Shown here: positions 27,866 to 30,656 of the stretch, piece by piece
Layout: every line of letters starts with the position of its first letter
Position numbering within the stretch: the first letter of the stretch is position 1
DNA from: Candidatus Thorarchaeota archaeon
GTDB lineage: Archaea > Asgardarchaeota > Thorarchaeia > Thorarchaeales > Thorarchaeaceae
Reading direction: 5' to 3'
DNA: 30,656 nt
NCBI GenBank assembly: GCA_038893995.1
Contig: JAWAQK010000029.1
Location: forward strand, 1-30,656
Program-made: the position numbers and the translations under genes
Notes under the pieces: generated by a model
Seen by the model: only the letters and a program-made list of their open reading frames with translations
Database searches by the model: none
What the model was told of the DNA's origin: nothing

Positions 27866-28366
27866 TCAGAGTAATCTTCGAAATGCATTCATGTCGGGTT
27901 CATCGAGCAGCAGGTACTCATCGCCTGTCCAGTGGAGGACCCTGTATTCCCTTGCGTGTCCGAGAATAGTCCCAATCATGAAGGCCTGCGCAGTTGGACA
28001 TGCAAATGCTATTGCGAGTGGCTTCCTGTCGATGTTCTTTGCAATATTCTCTATGACTGCTGCTGCCACCTCGGCCCATCTGGTCATCTCTCCTGGTGAG
28101 AGTTCCTTGGTCCGACCGATCTGAGCGATCACGTTGTAGCCCGTTAACTTGAGGTCTATTGTCGGATCTACGGAGGCGACAACCGCGACTGCTCTTGGCC
28201 TTCCGTCATCTGGTTCGTAGATGACTGGAACCTTGGTCCTCCCATTTATCCAGTCTGCTATTGACCGATATCTTGTGATCACGTTGACAAAGCTGGACAC
28301 GATGAGTGACGCTATTCCTACTTCCACAGTTGCTTCCCCGTCGAATATGTGAGTGTGCCCGATCAC
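27866..28366 (-). CDS. Stand-alone single-lobe SAVED-like protein A
   Basis: AVAVVASV..IAFACPTAQAFMIGTILG..RVLHW...Y matches the SAVED PxxxAFxxG..VxHY...Y signature; moderately hydrophobic N-terminal segment; start uncertain. Confidence 0.75.
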   Translation of the reverse strand: MIGHTHIFDGEATVEVGIASLIVSSFVNVITRYRSIADWINGRTKVPVIYEPDDGRPRAVAVVASVDPTIDLKLTGYNVIAQIGRTKELSPGEMTRWAEVAAAVIENIAKNIDRKPLAIAFACPTAQAFMIGTILGHAREYRVLHWTGDEYLLLDEPDMNAFRRLL

Positions 28367-28437
28367 TACGCGACAACACGTCCGTGCCCATGCCCGGGCC
28401 TACGGCGGTATCACCGTCCTGGGGGTGGCAGTCAGTA

Positions 28438-28449
28438 ACTCTTAAGAGT
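28438..28449. promoter_or_regulatory. Perfect 12-bp palindrome at the centre of the divergent SAVED intergenic region (bidirectional TATA-like box or operator)
   Basis: ACTCTTAAGAGT; the main AT-rich patch in a GC-rich spacer, about 70 bp from each candidate GTG start. Confidence 0.6.
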
Positions 28450-28534
28450 ATCGTGGAGGCAGTACCGTGACCTCCGGTGGGTTCTATAGGAGCTCTGCCG
28501 TCAAGCTCAAAGGAACGTGTTGAAGGGGCATAGA

Positions 28535-28999
28535 ATGTTCGGCTTGCAAGATCCAAGAGTCGTCAGAGATCGGGTGTCCGGCATTGATGTGACTGCCCAT
28601 CCCAAAGTGATCAGCTTCCTGACAACCGGTCGTATCGACGATGAGTTCATGAGAACGGTCCCAGGACCCATTGCAATCGGCGTCAGTCTGTCCCGTCCCA
28701 CGAGGGGCGACCTCGAGAATGAGGGATATTCAGTGCTCGCCGAGATAGGAAATCCACAGCAGATGAGTCCCGATGAATTTCCCTCGATCGCAACGAGGGT
28801 GGCTTCAATAATTCTCAAACTACTGAAGATTGTACGGAAGGATGCCTACATTGCCCTCTCATGTCCGAACGCCCTCGCCTTCATGATCGGATGCCTCATT
28901 GGCAGACGTCAACGAATCCATGTTCTCCACTACGAGGAGAATAGATACAGGCGTCTTCCTGATTTCAAACCCGAGAGGGTCAAGACACCAAAGACGTAG
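28535..28999 (+). CDS. Stand-alone single-lobe SAVED-like protein B
   Basis: IAIGVSLSRP..DL and AYIALSCPNALAFMIGCLIG..IHVLHYEENRY; paralog of 27866..28366; start is the ATG at 28535 (GAAGGGG upstream) or the GTG at 28517. Confidence 0.78.
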   Translation: MFGLQDPRVVRDRVSGIDVTAHPKVISFLTTGRIDDEFMRTVPGPIAIGVSLSRPTRGDLENEGYSVLAEIGNPQQMSPDEFPSIATRVASIILKLLKIVRKDAYIALSCPNALAFMIGCLIGRRQRIHVLHYEENRYRRLPDFKPERVKTPKT

Positions 29000-29002
29000 G
29001 TC

Positions 29003-29749
29003 CTACTGACTAGTGGATGTCAGAGGTTCAGACTCGATTGTCTCCTCGACGATACTCAGACAGGCATCCATCAGTTCCTGAATGGTCTCCTCCTGTTCGA
29101 ATCGACGAAGGAGTCTAGACGCGTCGCTCAGTCTGCGGTTGGCCAGAGCCTCAGCAAAGTCAAGGATCGTCCTGAGCCAGTCCCAGATTGTCCTGTCAAT
29201 GACCATCCTGGCCTTTGCGATCTTCTCCTGTGCCTCAGAGGTCCGGTTTATCGTCGCCAGACCCATCGCCGCCAGAGAGAGGTCCATCACGGCGCGTTCG
29301 GCCTTGGCCTCCCTGAATGCCTCCTCTGCAGCCTTACTGTAAAGATTCGCCATGTTCTCAGCACACGTCAGGAAATACTCCTTGTTGCCCAGTCTGTGAC
29401 AGGAGAACGCTGCCCAGAGATATGACTGTGCTGCCGTCTCAGTCTTTCCAACCTGGAGGGCCTGCTCAGCGGCGTTCTCGAACAGAGTGAGCGCAGTATC
29501 ATATTCGTCCATCTGCCTGTACTGGGTGGCCGCCTCGAAGTATGCAGTGGCAGCCATGTCGTGGTCATTGGCCTCTGAACTGACCTCAGCCTGAATATGA
29601 AAGTTCTCAGCAGCCTTCCTACTCATCTCGGCAGCGCGCTCAAGATAGCATGAGGCAGCCTGCCTGTATTGGTTGCCAGCCTGATAGAACCTGTCTCGTT
29701 CCTCGAGCTCTTTGGCCAGGTTCTCCCATTGACTACACTCTTCCTCCAT
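29003..29749 (-). CDS. Alpha-SNAP-like helical repeat protein
   Basis: QAGNQYRQAASCY, AAENF..QAE, AATAYFEAATQYRQMD..ALTLFENA and GKTETAA follow the recalled SNAP repeat pattern. Confidence 0.75.
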   Translation of the reverse strand: MEEECSQWENLAKELEERDRFYQAGNQYRQAASCYLERAAEMSRKAAENFHIQAEVSSEANDHDMAATAYFEAATQYRQMDEYDTALTLFENAAEQALQVGKTETAAQSYLWAAFSCHRLGNKEYFLTCAENMANLYSKAAEEAFREAKAERAVMDLSLAAMGLATINRTSEAQEKIAKARMVIDRTIWDWLRTILDFAEALANRRLSDASRLLRRFEQEETIQELMDACLSIVEETIESEPLTSTSQ

Positions 29750-29849
29750 CAGGCAGTCACGTCCTTCTCATCGAGCGGAAGCTGCATAGCTACATCAGTA
29801 TATATTGGTGCCTTGTACGGATATCGTTTCGAATGTCGAATCCCTGACG

Positions 29850-30656
29850 CTATCGACGGGATTGGGCAATCTCATCGAGTATCTCTCGGGCCCGTTCAGC
29901 CCTGATCTTACCCTCTCTCACGAGCCGTTCTGCCACGATCTCGATCAGTTCTCCCGTTGCACCTGCCGTCATCGCAACGTTCCTCGCATGAAGCGCCATG
30001 TGTCCCTTCTGGATGCCCTCGGCGACCAGTGCTCTGAGTGCGGCCACGTTCTGTGCAAGTCCTACGCTCGCGATGACATGTGAGAGCTCGGATGCCGTAC
30101 TGACTCCAAGAATCCTTATGGCAGCACGGGCGCCCGGGTGTGCTCTTGTGGCGCCTCCGACAAGGCCGACTGCCATCGGTAGCTCTATTGTTCCCACGAG
30201 GTCGCCCTCCTGGTTCTTCTCGTATCTCGTGAGAGAGTGGTACCCACCGAGAGATGCGTAGGCATGTGCTCCTGCCTCGATGGCCCTAAAGTCGTTCCCA
30301 GTGGCTATGACGACTGCGTCGATCCCGTTCATTATTCCCTTATTATGGGTGGCACACCGATAGGGATCCGCGTCTGCAAATGCCCAGGCTGCCACTATTC
30401 CATCGACGACCTCTTCCCCGCCGAGCAACTCTCTGTCGAACGTGGCACGGGCCCTCACCAGTCTCCTGTCTGCAAGATTTGAGAGTATCCTGAGCAGTAC
30501 TCTCCCTCCCGTCAGTCTCTCTATCCGGGGCGCCACTGCCTCCGCCATAGTGTTCACGGCGTTCGCTCCCATGGCATCCCTGGTGTCAACGAGGAGCTCA
30601 ACAATGAGCATGGGCCCTGTCCGCGTGTCTATCACCCTGGCGCTGAGATCCTTCGC
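29850..30656 (-). CDS. mvaA: HMG-CoA reductase class II, 5'-truncated by the window edge
   Basis: [44 protein letters not shown] and [25 protein letters not shown] motifs; the frame stays open to 30656. Confidence 0.95.
   Translation of the reverse strand, partial: AKDLSARVIDTRTGPMLIVELLVDTRDAMGANAVNTMAEAVAPRIERLTGGRVLLRILSNLADRRLVRARATFDRELLGGEEVVDGIVAAWAFADADPYRCATHNKGIMNGIDAVVIATGNDFRAIEAGAHAYASLGGYHSLTRYEKNQEGDLVGTIELPMAVGLVGGATRAHPGARAAIRILGVSTASELSHVIASVGLAQNVAALRALVAEGIQKGHMALHARNVAMTAGATGELIEIVAERLVREGKIRAERAREILDEIAQSRR

Noticed and set aside
26595-29749. Calling the SAVED locus a CBASS or type III CRISPR operon
   Set aside because: No CD-NTase, Cas10, E1/E2/JAB, HORMA or fused effector is present in the window.
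1-30656. tRNA, rRNA, IS elements or integrases
   Set aside because: No cloverleaf or T-loop signature, transposase motif or terminal inverted repeat was seen by eye; a tRNAscan/Infernal run would be needed to exclude them fully.

Overview
This is an archaeal chromosomal window: it carries an archaeal-type SAM synthetase and TrpRS, an Nre-family gene, and TATA/GGTGA-type signals. Several proteins look eukaryote-like, which suggests an Asgard archaeon, possibly Thorarchaeia; that is inference, since no taxonomic marker was computed. The left edge holds one 37-nt CRISPR-type repeat with its leader, so an array probably continues outside the window. Housekeeping and metabolic genes include mat, trpS, nhaA, a P-type ATPase, an AlaX-type editing protein, a class II HMG-CoA reductase (5'-truncated by the window edge), a GNAT, an MBL hydrolase, and a class III aminotransferase plus class II aldolase pair. 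The most interesting items are: (1) two divergently transcribed, paralogous stand-alone half-SAVED genes around a central 12-bp palindrome, each facing a SNAP-like helical-repeat gene, with no cyclase or effector nearby; (2) a 219-aa helical protein resembling the eukaryotic CINP/C1orf109 family; (3) an M23 peptidase with intact Zn motifs and an N-terminal signal/anchor; (4) dispersed SPFH and zinc-ribbon membrane proteins; (5) a degenerate Nre paralog. All family calls come from motif recognition by eye, with reference motifs recalled from memory, and need HMM or structure confirmation.
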